From: Prevotella sp.
GTDB taxonomy: Bacteria; Bacteroidota; Bacteroidia; Bacteroidales; Bacteroidaceae
DNA: 64,000 nt
Direction of reading: 5' to 3'
Assembly (NCBI GenBank): GCA_016291005.1
Contig: JAEEVT010000002.1
Span: 6-64,005 of the forward strand
Shown in pieces: positions 23,799 to 32,969 of this stretch (its first letter is position 1; each line of letters begins with the position of its first letter). The translations under genes and the position numbers were made by a program. The notes below the pieces were generated by a model, which searched no databases, was not told the origin of the DNA, and was given only the letters and a program-made list of their open reading frames with translations.

Positions 23799-24545
23799 AT
23801 GAAGAAAGTAACTATCAAACTATTAGCCCTTTTGCTGCCGGCACTTCTGTTGATGGGAGCGTGCAGCGACGACTACGGCGACCAGTTACGCAGTTTGGGC
23901 AAACGAGTGGAGTGGCTGGAAGAATACATGCAGAAGGTCAACTCGAGCATTGAGAACCTGAACAGGCTCGTTACTGCCATTCAGGAGAAAGGCTACATCA
24001 CCAACTACACCATCAATGCTGACGGTTCATGCACCCTTGTCTTCAGTGATGGCAGAACTATCACGTTACAAGACGGCAAAGACGGAGCCGACGGAAGGGA
24101 TGGACGAGACGGTGTTGACGGCAGGGATGGTCATGACGGACATGACGGACACGACGGACATGACGGCAAGGAAGCCCAGCTGAATGTGAGCGTCATGCAG
24201 GATGCTGACGGACAATGGTACTGGACGCTGAACGGTAATTGGCTGCTCGATACCAACGGCAACAAGGTACGAGCCGGGGCTACCGACGGTAAAGACGGTA
24301 CCAATGGTAAAGACGGTAGTAACGGCTACGTTCCCCTGATGCGCATCAACGAGGACGGCATTTGGGAAGTATCTACCGATGGCGGCAAGACATGGCAAAG
24401 CACGGGTTCGCCAGCAAACGGAAAGGACGGTAAGGACGGCCGCGCCGACTGTATCTCGAACGTTACGGTTTCAAGTGACGGCAAATACCTTATCATTACA
24501 CTGGCTGACGGAACGACAACGTTTACTATTCCTATTTTAGAGTAA
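23799..24545 (+). CDS. Paralogous DUF4988-like collagen-repeat lipoprotein
   Basis: GACSDDYGDQL, G-x-D tracts, WYWTLNGNWL, WEVSTDGGKTW. Confidence 0.8.
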   Translation: MKKVTIKLLALLLPALLLMGACSDDYGDQLRSLGKRVEWLEEYMQKVNSSIENLNRLVTAIQEKGYITNYTINADGSCTLVFSDGRTITLQDGKDGADGRDGRDGVDGRDGHDGHDGHDGHDGKEAQLNVSVMQDADGQWYWTLNGNWLLDTNGNKVRAGATDGKDGTNGKDGSNGYVPLMRINEDGIWEVSTDGGKTWQSTGSPANGKDGKDGRADCISNVTVSSDGKYLIITLADGTTTFTIPILE

Positions 24546-24561
24546 TATTTTTTGACCTCGG

Positions 24562-24614
24562 TGTCTTACCCTGAAAAACGTCGTTTTTGATTCAACGTTT
24601 TTCGGGGTAAGACA
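24562..24614. terminator. 20-bp stem-loop, probable terminator
   Basis: TGTCTTACCCTGAAAAACGT / ACGTTTTTCGGGGTAAGACA. Confidence 0.55.
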
Positions 24615-24702
24615 TTTTTGAATGCATAAAATTCAGAGAGCAAAGTAGTTTCATACAATGTAGTTGGCCGCAGAGTTAATAACATGAAAAACACACAAGA
24701 GT

Positions 24703-24935
24703 ATGAACTATTACGCACTTGCAAAAAACAACAACGAGCACTCGCCGATTTTCGGCAAGTACACGGCTCGCCCCGTCTATCCTGACGAGTTCGTGGACCT
24801 GAACGAGGTTGCTGAGTTCATCCAGACGCAGGCCAGCGTGAAGCGCTCCGACTGTAAGGCCGTCATCGACGAGCTGGGCGGCGCCATCCGCCACTTCCTG
24901 GGCATGGGCTGCAAGATCAAGATCGAGGGCCTGAG
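24703..24935 (+). pseudogene. Truncated Bacteroidota HU-like DNA-binding protein
   Basis: VDLNEVAEFIQTQASVKRSDCKAVIDEL...GCKIKIEGL breaks off where the G-x-F beta arm should continue. Confidence 0.7.
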
Positions 24936-25027
24936 CCTGAGGAGCCTACAATACTCACAACAGTAGCTCTTGCTCCCGTAATCATCGTCGCGAGAAACGC
25001 AAAAAGTAATAATAGTTTTTGTTTCAT
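24917..25027 (-). pseudogene. Signal-peptide-only remnant of a secreted protein
   Basis: MKQKLLLLFAFLATMITGARA with a TATCTTTG box at 25089-25096; the frame runs into the HU remnant and stops. Confidence 0.6.
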
Positions 25028-25142
25028 AATTGTAATATTTATAGTTTGTAATTGGTTTATATCATTAGAAAAGGTAGTAGCGCGTTTGCAAAGATAAGCA
25101 AAAAAATAAAATCCCGCTATTTCCATGTAGAAAAAGATTGCA

Positions 25143-25796
25143 TTATTTCTTTTTCTTGGCGTTGGGGCAATGGTCGCACAGGAACTGATAGACGAAGTCG
25201 AAGTCCTCGTCGGCGCAGTAGACGCGGTTGCGGCTGAGGAGCTGGTTGACCTTGATGAGGTTCATGCGGCGGCAGGGGATGACGCGGCGTACACCGCTCA
25301 GCGTGGTGGTCATCGAGGTGCGCGTTGCTGCCAGTATGCCCATCCCCACCATGCCGGGCTTGCCGCTGGCGGCGCCAGCCATAGCGGTGAGCTTGCCAAT
25401 GGTGCGGGCTTTGTGGATGGTGCTCTTCAGCTGTTTGTGGACCACTTCCTTCTCGTCCATGACGAAGAGGACGCTGTATTTCCAGCCGTAATACCAGGCG
25501 ACGAAAAAGTAGGCCACGTAGCCCAGTACGAAGAAGAAGAGTGTGAGCAGGACGAACATCTCCAAGAAGTTCCACGCCATCTCGAGGCTGGCGTCTCCCG
25601 TGCAGCACATGATGACCATATTGAACAGATAGACGATGGCGAAGCTGATGGCCAGCACCCAATAGACGTCGAAGAGGATGCTGGGGTTGATGAGCATGGG
25701 GACGTCGTACACCCAACGGTATTTGCCGTCTGGGCAAAGCACCGGGTGCGAGGAAGCCATAGCGTCGTAGTTTTCTTTCTTCTTTCGATTTGCCAT
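25143..25796 (-). CDS. Hypothetical membrane protein (2 TM helices plus soluble C-terminal domain)
   Basis: Host-like codon usage and two hydrophobic segments. Start moved to ATG 25796 because the longer ORF begins inside a repeat. Confidence 0.7.
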   Translation of the reverse strand: MANRKKKENYDAMASSHPVLCPDGKYRWVYDVPMLINPSILFDVYWVLAISFAIVYLFNMVIMCCTGDASLEMAWNFLEMFVLLTLFFFVLGYVAYFFVAWYYGWKYSVLFVMDEKEVVHKQLKSTIHKARTIGKLTAMAGAASGKPGMVGMGILAATRTSMTTTLSGVRRVIPCRRMNLIKVNQLLSRNRVYCADEDFDFVYQFLCDHCPNAKKKK

Positions 25797-25803
25797 ATTC
25801 GTT

Positions 25804-25884
25804 GCAAAGATAGTGCAAACCGAATGAAAAACCAAATTTATTTGAGTTTTTCTGAGGTGCAGCCTATTTTCTCCGAAGGAAAAA
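25804..25884 (-). repeat. Promoter-carrying ~80-bp repeat, copy A
   Basis: Inverted copy of 26183-26249; ends in GCACTATCTTTGC (-7 box). Confidence 0.8.
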
Positions 25885-26025
25885 TACAAAGAAAAATGAA
25901 GATTATTAGTGCGTTGCGATGCTAAAAAACGTTAAACAATAGATGTGCGGCAGCAAATTCTTCATTCTTCATTCTTCATTCTTCATTAAAAGCACTACCT
26001 TTGCAGCCGCTAAGCGAGCAAACGG

Positions 26026-26096
26026 TGTCCAATGGTGTAATGGTAGCACAACAGGTTTTGGTTCTGTTTGTGGTGGTTCGAATCCGCCTTGGACAA
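26026..26096 (+). tRNA. tRNA-Gln (anticodon TTG)
   Basis: Acceptor stem TGTCCAA/TTGGACA, anticodon arm ACAGG-TTTTGGT-TCTGT, T loop TTCGAAT; TACCTTTG promoter at 25996; CCA not encoded. Confidence 0.95.
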
Positions 26097-26145
26097 CTGA
26101 CGACGCTCCGCAAGTCCTTATTTTATGGGCTTGCGGTTCTTTTTT

Positions 26146-26329
26146 TCAAATAAATTTGGTTTTTCGTTTAGTTTGCACTACCTTTTCCTTCGGAGAAAGT
26201 AGGCTGCACCTCAGAAAAACTCAAAATTATTTGGTTTTTCGTTCGGTTTAATCAACTTTCTCACGCTCAGAAATGAAAATTTTATTCTCATTTCTTCGCT
26301 TAATCGAAAATTTGCACTACCTTTGTAGC
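26146..26329 (+). repeat. Promoter-carrying repeat, copy B plus partial copies
   Basis: TTTTCCTTCGGAGAAAGTAGGCTGCACCTCAGAAAAACTCAA...; terminal TTTGCACTACCTTTG lies upstream of 26353. Confidence 0.75.
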
Positions 26330-26352
26330 CTAAAACGTATAAATATAGCTAT

Positions 26353-27522
26353 ATGACACCTGTAAAGATTTTGAGCGTAGACGACGAGATGGACCTCGAG
26401 TTGTTGTTGACGCAATACTTCCGCCGCCAGATTCGTAAGGGACAGTATGAGTTCTTTTTTGCCCATAACGGACTGGAGGCTTTGACGACGTTGCTGAAGC
26501 AGAAGGACATAGACATCATCCTTTCGGACATCAACATGCCTGAGATGGATGGCCTGACGCTGTTGGCAAAGGTTAACGAAATGCAGAACCCGGCGCTGAA
26601 GTGCATCATGGTATCGGCGTATGGCGACATGAGCAACATCCGCCAGGCGATGAACAACGGTGCCTTCGACTTTGCGACGAAGCCCATCGACCTGGATGAC
26701 CTCAGCGTCACCATCGAGAAGGCCGCGGAGCAGATAGATTACATCAAGAAGTCGCAGGCCGAGCACACGCAGTTGGAATCGCTGAAGACTGACCTTGCTG
26801 TGGCTGGCGACATCCAGCAGGCCATACTGCCGCGCATCTTCCCGCCATTCCCTGAGGACGAAGACGTGCTGGACCTGGCGGCGCTGATGACACCTGCCAA
26901 GGATGTTGGCGGCGACTTCTACGACTTCTTCCGCATTGACAAGGACCGCATTGGCGTGGTGATAGCCGACGTCGCGGGCAAGGGAGTCCCTGCAGCCATC
27001 TTCATGGCCGTCAGCCGTACCTTGATACGTGCCATAGGCATGCAGGGCTACGAGCCTGACGTGTGTCTGACGAAAGCCAACAGCCTGCTGTGTCAGGAGT
27101 CGGTGGACCAGATGTTCGTCACGGTATTCTACGCCATCTATAACCTCCGCACTGGGGTGTTGGACTATTGTAACGGAGGACATAACTCACCTTATATAAT
27201 AAGAAGTGGCGGACAGGTAGAGGCCATGCCCATCAGCCAGAATTGTCTGGTAGGTGTTATCGAGGGTGTGACGTACAAAAAGGAACAGACTCAGTTACAA
27301 GAGGGTGACATGCTGGTGATGTATACCGATGGAGTGAACGAGGCTACAAACACCACCTTTGAGGAATATGGAGATGACCGCATGGAGAAACTACTGGGTC
27401 AACTCAACGTCAATAGCTGTCGCGAGGTGATAGACCGGCAGTTGGCTGACGTCAGAGCATTCGCCAACGGTGCGGAGCAAAGCGACGACATTACATTACT
27501 GGCTCTAAAAAGAAAACAATAA
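26353..27522 (+). CDS. Response regulator receiver fused to a SpoIIE/PP2C phosphatase (RsbU-like)
   Basis: REC motifs VDDE, SDINMP, TKP; PP2C motifs VGGDFYD, ADVAGKG, YTDG, DDIT. Confidence 0.92.
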   Translation: MTPVKILSVDDEMDLELLLTQYFRRQIRKGQYEFFFAHNGLEALTTLLKQKDIDIILSDINMPEMDGLTLLAKVNEMQNPALKCIMVSAYGDMSNIRQAMNNGAFDFATKPIDLDDLSVTIEKAAEQIDYIKKSQAEHTQLESLKTDLAVAGDIQQAILPRIFPPFPEDEDVLDLAALMTPAKDVGGDFYDFFRIDKDRIGVVIADVAGKGVPAAIFMAVSRTLIRAIGMQGYEPDVCLTKANSLLCQESVDQMFVTVFYAIYNLRTGVLDYCNGGHNSPYIIRSGGQVEAMPISQNCLVGVIEGVTYKKEQTQLQEGDMLVMYTDGVNEATNTTFEEYGDDRMEKLLGQLNVNSCREVIDRQLADVRAFANGAEQSDDITLLALKRKQ

Positions 27523-27544
27523 CGAGAAGGGCTCTCCTAAAGGG

Positions 27545-29149
27545 ATGGACTTGGGGGGCGAGGACGAAAACGAAAACGACTTGAAGTATAGTAAGAGTAC
27601 CATCGTGGCCTGTGTGGCCTGTGCGCTGCTGGCAATAGCCCTTGTCAGGGATGTCATTACGCAACGGGAGCTGATTCTCCAGAACGAAGAACTGCAGGAT
27701 CAGCTTAAGAGGTTGACGAGACAGGAACAGGAGTCGGAGGTGATGCAGCACGTGAATGCTCAGATGGAAGAGATAGCCAACGAGGAGCGGCGCATCAGCG
27801 ACGAGCAGCGTGAGGAGGCCATAGAGCAGCGAAGACAGGCGGAGCGTGAGCGCCAGAATGCCGAGGAGCAGCGCCGTGAGGCTGAGCAGGAGCGTCAGAA
27901 CGCCCTGGTTGCTGAGAAGCGTGCCGTGGAGGCCTCGCAGGTTGCCCAGCGCGAGAAGCAGCATGCCGAACAGCAACGTGCGGAGGCTGAATACTCGAAA
28001 CGCGTGACAGACACTCTGAGCTATGTCACTCTTGTGCGTACACTGGGAAACACGGCAGTTATGCTATACAGGGCGAACAACCACGAACTGGCAGACATGA
28101 TAGCATATACCGCGGTGATGTTCACCAACCGATATCACGGAGATATCTATGCGCTACCCGTCTATCAGTCATTGGCCATAACCAGCCAGAACAAAAGTGT
28201 CTGGCTGAAGCACAAGGGAAGCATTAGGGACATCACATTCTCGGACGACGCCCACGGATTCATGATGACGTGCAGCACCTATGGCGAAATCATGAGACAC
28301 ACAGGCTACTATAACGGTAAGTTGAACAGCGAGATGGTAGTACAGAATCCGAAATATGACTTCCGCGACCTCTACATCGACCGCAACACCAATACCACCT
28401 ATGCCTTGAGCCGGTCAGGCCATCTCATCATCATTGACCATAACAAGAAGGTAAAGGTGGTGGAACTCCCGGTAAGCAAGCCCTTCAACTTAGACTTTAT
28501 TGACAACCAGTTTATCATCTTCGGTGAAGGTAAGATGGCGCTGTTCGACATCAAGACATGTAGCATCATCGACACAAAAGAACTACCCTTCAGTATAGAA
28601 TCTCTGAGCCGCTCTGAAAACTGTCCTATCGTCTTCGACCGGCAGGGACGAATGCATCTCATCAAGGGCTTCAACAAGATAGAAACTAAAAAAGTCCCCT
28701 TCAAGGGTCAGGTGACGGCCTTTGCAGAATCGAAGCACCAGCATTTCAAGGCTTACGGCATGAGTGACGGAACGATACATGTCATAAATGGCAAGGGTGA
28801 GGAGCTAAAACTGGTGGGACACCTGTCGCGCATTTCCAAGCTAAAAGTAAACGGCCATCGCTTGTACTCGTCAAGCTACGACGGTACGGTGAACCTATGG
28901 CTACTGAACATGCCGAAGATAGAACCTATGACACTGTTTACGACAAAGGGCTGGATTATCAACTTTACCTTCGACCTGAAGAAGTCCAGCATCTGGTCCG
29001 GCGACCAAAACGGTAACCTGACGAGTGCGCTCATCTCTGTGCCTGACATGACTGAGCGTCTGAAGAATAAGATTAAACGCAACTTCACGCGTGACGAGTG
29101 GAATTACTACATCGGAAGGAACGTGCCGTATGAAAGAATAAAAGAATAA
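27545..29149 (+). CDS. TM, long coiled coil and WD40 beta-propeller protein
   Basis: Hydrophobic IVACVACALLAIALV, A-x-x-Q-R heptads, GHLSRISKLKVNGHRLYSSSYDGTVNLW. Start uncertain. Confidence 0.75.
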   Translation: MDLGGEDENENDLKYSKSTIVACVACALLAIALVRDVITQRELILQNEELQDQLKRLTRQEQESEVMQHVNAQMEEIANEERRISDEQREEAIEQRRQAERERQNAEEQRREAEQERQNALVAEKRAVEASQVAQREKQHAEQQRAEAEYSKRVTDTLSYVTLVRTLGNTAVMLYRANNHELADMIAYTAVMFTNRYHGDIYALPVYQSLAITSQNKSVWLKHKGSIRDITFSDDAHGFMMTCSTYGEIMRHTGYYNGKLNSEMVVQNPKYDFRDLYIDRNTNTTYALSRSGHLIIIDHNKKVKVVELPVSKPFNLDFIDNQFIIFGEGKMALFDIKTCSIIDTKELPFSIESLSRSENCPIVFDRQGRMHLIKGFNKIETKKVPFKGQVTAFAESKHQHFKAYGMSDGTIHVINGKGEELKLVGHLSRISKLKVNGHRLYSSSYDGTVNLWLLNMPKIEPMTLFTTKGWIINFTFDLKKSSIWSGDQNGNLTSALISVPDMTERLKNKIKRNFTRDEWNYYIGRNVPYERIKE

Positions 29150-29196
29150 AAGAATTAAAAAATAAAATATTGGCTGCGGCCAAATGAGAAATAGAA

Positions 29197-32094
29197 ATGA
29201 TAAATGAAGAAAGGAAGACGGCGTGCCACACTTTGACTTTTGGGTCAAAGACATGGCGACGATACGGTGGGCAGACAATGCTTCTCCGGCTCTTGCTGTG
29301 CGCAGCATTCCTCATTCCTCATTTCTCACTTCTCATTTCACACTCCTCATTCCTCATTCAACATTCCACATTCTTCATTTGCCCAGCTTACGGCCAGGGA
29401 GCACCCATTATCCGAAACTTCCCAGCGACGGAATACAAGGCGCACAACATGAACTTCGACGTCATAATGGGCGACGACGGTACGGTTTACTTTGCCAACT
29501 TCGAAGGACTGCTGTACTACGACAATGCTGAATGGCGCATCATCCACACCCCTGGCGTGAGCCGCATCACTGCTGTCTTCCGCGATCAGAAGGGCACCAT
29601 CTGGACTGGAGGCTACAACTACATAGGTTACGTGGAGTCTGACGAGCAGGGATGTCTGCGGCTGCATTCCTTGCATGATAGCAGCCAACAGCAAACGTTC
29701 CAAGGCGAGGTGCAGTGGATATGGGAGAGGGAGGGTCACATCTTCTTCAAAGTCAGTGACGACAAGATATACACCATCCAAAACGACAATGTGCTTTGGG
29801 CGGCAGGCGAGAAGCTGCCCACCACGGGATTCTCTGTGTTTGTTGATCAGACGCACATCACCCAGGTGCAAGAGCTGGAAGACGGGTTGAAGGCCGTATC
29901 GACGAACGGTAACGGAATCATCATCATGGATGCTAATGACAAGGAACTGTTCCGACTTACTGAGGACAACGGACTATGCTCGAACAACGTCAACCACATC
30001 ACCTACAACAAGCATGGACTCATCTGGGGAGCTACTGACAGTGGCGTATTTGCCGTGGCATTCCCATCCATCTATACCCACTATACCCAGCACCAAGGCC
30101 TGCGTGGCGGCGTGCTGTCCATCGAGAAACTGGGGAATGACCTTTTTGTCGGAACCATACGTGGACTCTTCGTGAAGAAGGGTATACAATTCGAACCCGT
30201 CAAAGACGTCAAGTACGGCTGTTGGCAATTGGCACGACAGGGAAACTCGCTTCTGGCGGCAACAAGCAACGGTGTCTACCGCATCAGTCCTGGTCCCAAC
30301 GTCAAACACCTCAATACCGACAATACGCTCTCGCTGTTGGTCGATGAAGGGGGCTACTACAGTGGAGAGGCGGACGGTGTATACTACAACACAGGGGCTA
30401 TCCACAAGAAGGTGAGCGACTTAGAGAAGGTGGTGAAAATCAGACGAGACAGTCAGGGAACCATCTGGATGCAGAACCTGTATGGCAAAATATGGAGAAA
30501 CTTTGCACCATATACCGACAAGAAAGAACCAGAGGCCAGCGCGACACTGGTGGAATACAACGGACAGGTGCTACCCATCAATACCTTTACGACAAAGCCC
30601 TTCCCCTATCCGACCTTCTCATACACTGACCCTGAAGGCGTCACGTGGCTCACCAATCCCAAGGCGCGCCACCTCTATGCCTTTAAGGACGGAAATGTAC
30701 AGACGAAACTGTCGCATGACGTCTATCCACTCATGGAACTCTCGGTACGTACCATGCTGCGTGACGACAGGTTGCTGTGGATAGGTAGTGACAAGGGACT
30801 TAATGTGGTCTATTATACCCAGCACGAACCCTCGGAGTCACCAAATAAACCGCACCTGCTGCTGCGCTCCGTACTGTTGCATGGCGACAGCGTGCTGTGG
30901 GGAGGCTATGGAGAACAGATTACCCAGTTGCCTACACTCAATAGTGACGACCACCGACTGACGTTCAACTTCTCCATCGACTATCCTTCGCTGACGCTGA
31001 AGACGCAGTACCGCAACCGCATCAATGGCGGTAAGTGGAGTGCCTGGGACACTGACACTTTCGAAGAGTTCAACAACCTGACACATGGCAGCTATACCCT
31101 CGAGATACAAGCCAGGGACGCCTTTGGAAAATTGTCCGACATCGTGACGGTCCAGTTCGACATCAGGGCGCCGTTCTACCTGCGATGGTATATGATAGTG
31201 CTCTACCTCCTGCTCTTGATGCTGGCCGCCTACCTTATTATGCAGTGGCGCACCATACAGTTGGAGAAAGACAAGCACCGGCTGGAACGACTGGTGCAGC
31301 AGCGCACCAATGAAGTTGTCCGACTGGAGAAACAAGCCTCAGTGGGTAAGCTGACGCAGGGTCTGATTGACCGCATCCTGAACCCGCTGAACTACATCAA
31401 CAACTTTGCCAAGCTCTCTGAAGGACTGGTCAAGGACGTCACAGCCAACATTGAAGACGAGAAGGAACACATGGATCCAGATAACTACGAGGACACCCTG
31501 GATGTGCTGGACATGCTGAAAGGCAACCTTCAGAAGGTGGGCGAGCATGGTGCCAATACCACTCGTACGCTGAAGGCAATGGAAGAAATGCTGAAAGACC
31601 GCTCGGGAGGCATTGTACAGATGAACCTCACCACGCTGTTACACCAGAACGAGGAGATGGTGAGGAAGTACTTTGAGAACGAGATATCCCAGTATCACAT
31701 CAAGACCATCTTTGAGCTGCCTCAGAACGACATTCTCATTAACGGAAATGCAGAACAGCTGAACAAGACCTTTATGAACCTGCTGACCAATGCTATTTAT
31801 GCCCTTGTCAAGAAGGCACAGCGTGGACAGGCTTACGACCCAGAAATCAGTCTGACGACTGAAATGTCGAATAAGCATATACTGCTGCACTTCCGCGACA
31901 ACGGTATTGGCATCGAGAGCACCATCATGGATAAGATTTTCGACCCCTTCTTCACCACCAAGACCACTGGCGAGGCTTCGGGAGTAGGACTTTACCTGGG
32001 TCGCGAGATCATCCAGAACCACGGCGGTGACATCAGCGTGCAGTCGGAGAAAGACGTCTATACGGATTTTACAATCACATTACCAGTGATATAG
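29197..32094 (+). CDS. Beta-propeller/Y_Y_Y sensor histidine-kinase-like protein lacking the phospho-His
   Basis: HTCS-type periplasmic propeller, Y_Y_Y domain, TM; H-box reads GLIDRILNPLN; N, G1, F and G2 boxes are present. Start may be 29278. Confidence 0.88.
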   Translation: MINEERKTACHTLTFGSKTWRRYGGQTMLLRLLLCAAFLIPHFSLLISHSSFLIQHSTFFICPAYGQGAPIIRNFPATEYKAHNMNFDVIMGDDGTVYFANFEGLLYYDNAEWRIIHTPGVSRITAVFRDQKGTIWTGGYNYIGYVESDEQGCLRLHSLHDSSQQQTFQGEVQWIWEREGHIFFKVSDDKIYTIQNDNVLWAAGEKLPTTGFSVFVDQTHITQVQELEDGLKAVSTNGNGIIIMDANDKELFRLTEDNGLCSNNVNHITYNKHGLIWGATDSGVFAVAFPSIYTHYTQHQGLRGGVLSIEKLGNDLFVGTIRGLFVKKGIQFEPVKDVKYGCWQLARQGNSLLAATSNGVYRISPGPNVKHLNTDNTLSLLVDEGGYYSGEADGVYYNTGAIHKKVSDLEKVVKIRRDSQGTIWMQNLYGKIWRNFAPYTDKKEPEASATLVEYNGQVLPINTFTTKPFPYPTFSYTDPEGVTWLTNPKARHLYAFKDGNVQTKLSHDVYPLMELSVRTMLRDDRLLWIGSDKGLNVVYYTQHEPSESPNKPHLLLRSVLLHGDSVLWGGYGEQITQLPTLNSDDHRLTFNFSIDYPSLTLKTQYRNRINGGKWSAWDTDTFEEFNNLTHGSYTLEIQARDAFGKLSDIVTVQFDIRAPFYLRWYMIVLYLLLLMLAAYLIMQWRTIQLEKDKHRLERLVQQRTNEVVRLEKQASVGKLTQGLIDRILNPLNYINNFAKLSEGLVKDVTANIEDEKEHMDPDNYEDTLDVLDMLKGNLQKVGEHGANTTRTLKAMEEMLKDRSGGIVQMNLTTLLHQNEEMVRKYFENEISQYHIKTIFELPQNDILINGNAEQLNKTFMNLLTNAIYALVKKAQRGQAYDPEISLTTEMSNKHILLHFRDNGIGIESTIMDKIFDPFFTTKTTGEASGVGLYLGREIIQNHGGDISVQSEKDVYTDFTITLPVI

Positions 32095-32131
32095 GAGTTA
32101 AAGTAGTTAGGGAAGTTAAAGAAGTATTAAT

Positions 32132-32956
32132 ATGGAACAGGAACTGGAAACCCTTAAGCAACAGCTCAAGCAACAAGAGAAACTGGCATCGCTGGGTATG
32201 CTGTCGGCAGGCATTGCCCACGAGATACAGAATCCGCTGAACTTCGTCATCAACTTCAGTAAGATGTCGGAGAAACTGCTCAGCGACCTCGCAGAAATCG
32301 TTGAGGACAACGAGGACAAGTTGTCTGAGGACGACCGTGAGGATGTGGAGGACATTGTGACTGACCTGAAGGAGAACATGGCCAGAATTGTTGAACATGG
32401 TGAACGTGCCATCAGCATCATACAAGGCATCCTGCTGGTGTCTCGAGGTAAGGAAAACGAATTCCTGCCCACTGACATCAACCACCTTGTGAAGGAGTAT
32501 GTATGGCTGTCGTATCATGCCATGAGAGCCAAAGACAAGCGCTTCAACATTGCCATCCACGAGGACTATCAGGAAGGTATACCGCAGGTGATGGTCATTC
32601 CGCAGGACTTGAGCCGTGCCATACTGAACATCATGAACAATGCCTGCTATGCCGTATTCAAGCGCTCACAGACGGAGGGCGAAAACTACAAGCCCACCAT
32701 AGATGTCAAGACGGCCATCTCTGGCGAACAGCTCGTCATCAGCATCCGCGATAATGGTGAGGGTATGACTGACGAGGTGAAGGAGCGCCTCTACGAGAAT
32801 TTCTTCACGACGAAACCCATTGGGATGGGCACTGGCCTGGGTATGGGAATCACTCGCGACATCGTAGAAAACAAGCATGACGGCAAGCTCAGCTTCAAGT
32901 CGACTGCAGGAGAAGGCACCTGCTTCACCATCAGCATACCAAATAGGAAAAAGTAA
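32132..32956 (+). CDS. Soluble sensor-less histidine kinase (HisKA + HATPase)
   Basis: GIAHEIQNPLN, NIMNNACYA, DNGEG, FFTTKPIGMGTGLG. Confidence 0.92.
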   Translation: MEQELETLKQQLKQQEKLASLGMLSAGIAHEIQNPLNFVINFSKMSEKLLSDLAEIVEDNEDKLSEDDREDVEDIVTDLKENMARIVEHGERAISIIQGILLVSRGKENEFLPTDINHLVKEYVWLSYHAMRAKDKRFNIAIHEDYQEGIPQVMVIPQDLSRAILNIMNNACYAVFKRSQTEGENYKPTIDVKTAISGEQLVISIRDNGEGMTDEVKERLYENFFTTKPIGMGTGLGMGITRDIVENKHDGKLSFKSTAGEGTCFTISIPNRKK

Positions 32957-32969
32957 GAGATAGCGAAAA

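Noticed and set aside
21260-25422. Duplicated 63 bp as a diversity-generating retroelement TR/VR pair
   Set aside because: There is no reverse transcriptase in the window, only two synonymous differences, and the copy is not at a C-terminal variable region.
26026-26140. tRNA-Gln as an integration site for the downstream operon
   Set aside because: No integrase and no duplicated tRNA 3' end were found in the window.
27553-27558. G6 tract near the WD40 gene start as a phase-variation switch
   Set aside because: The tract is too short and the start codon is uncertain.
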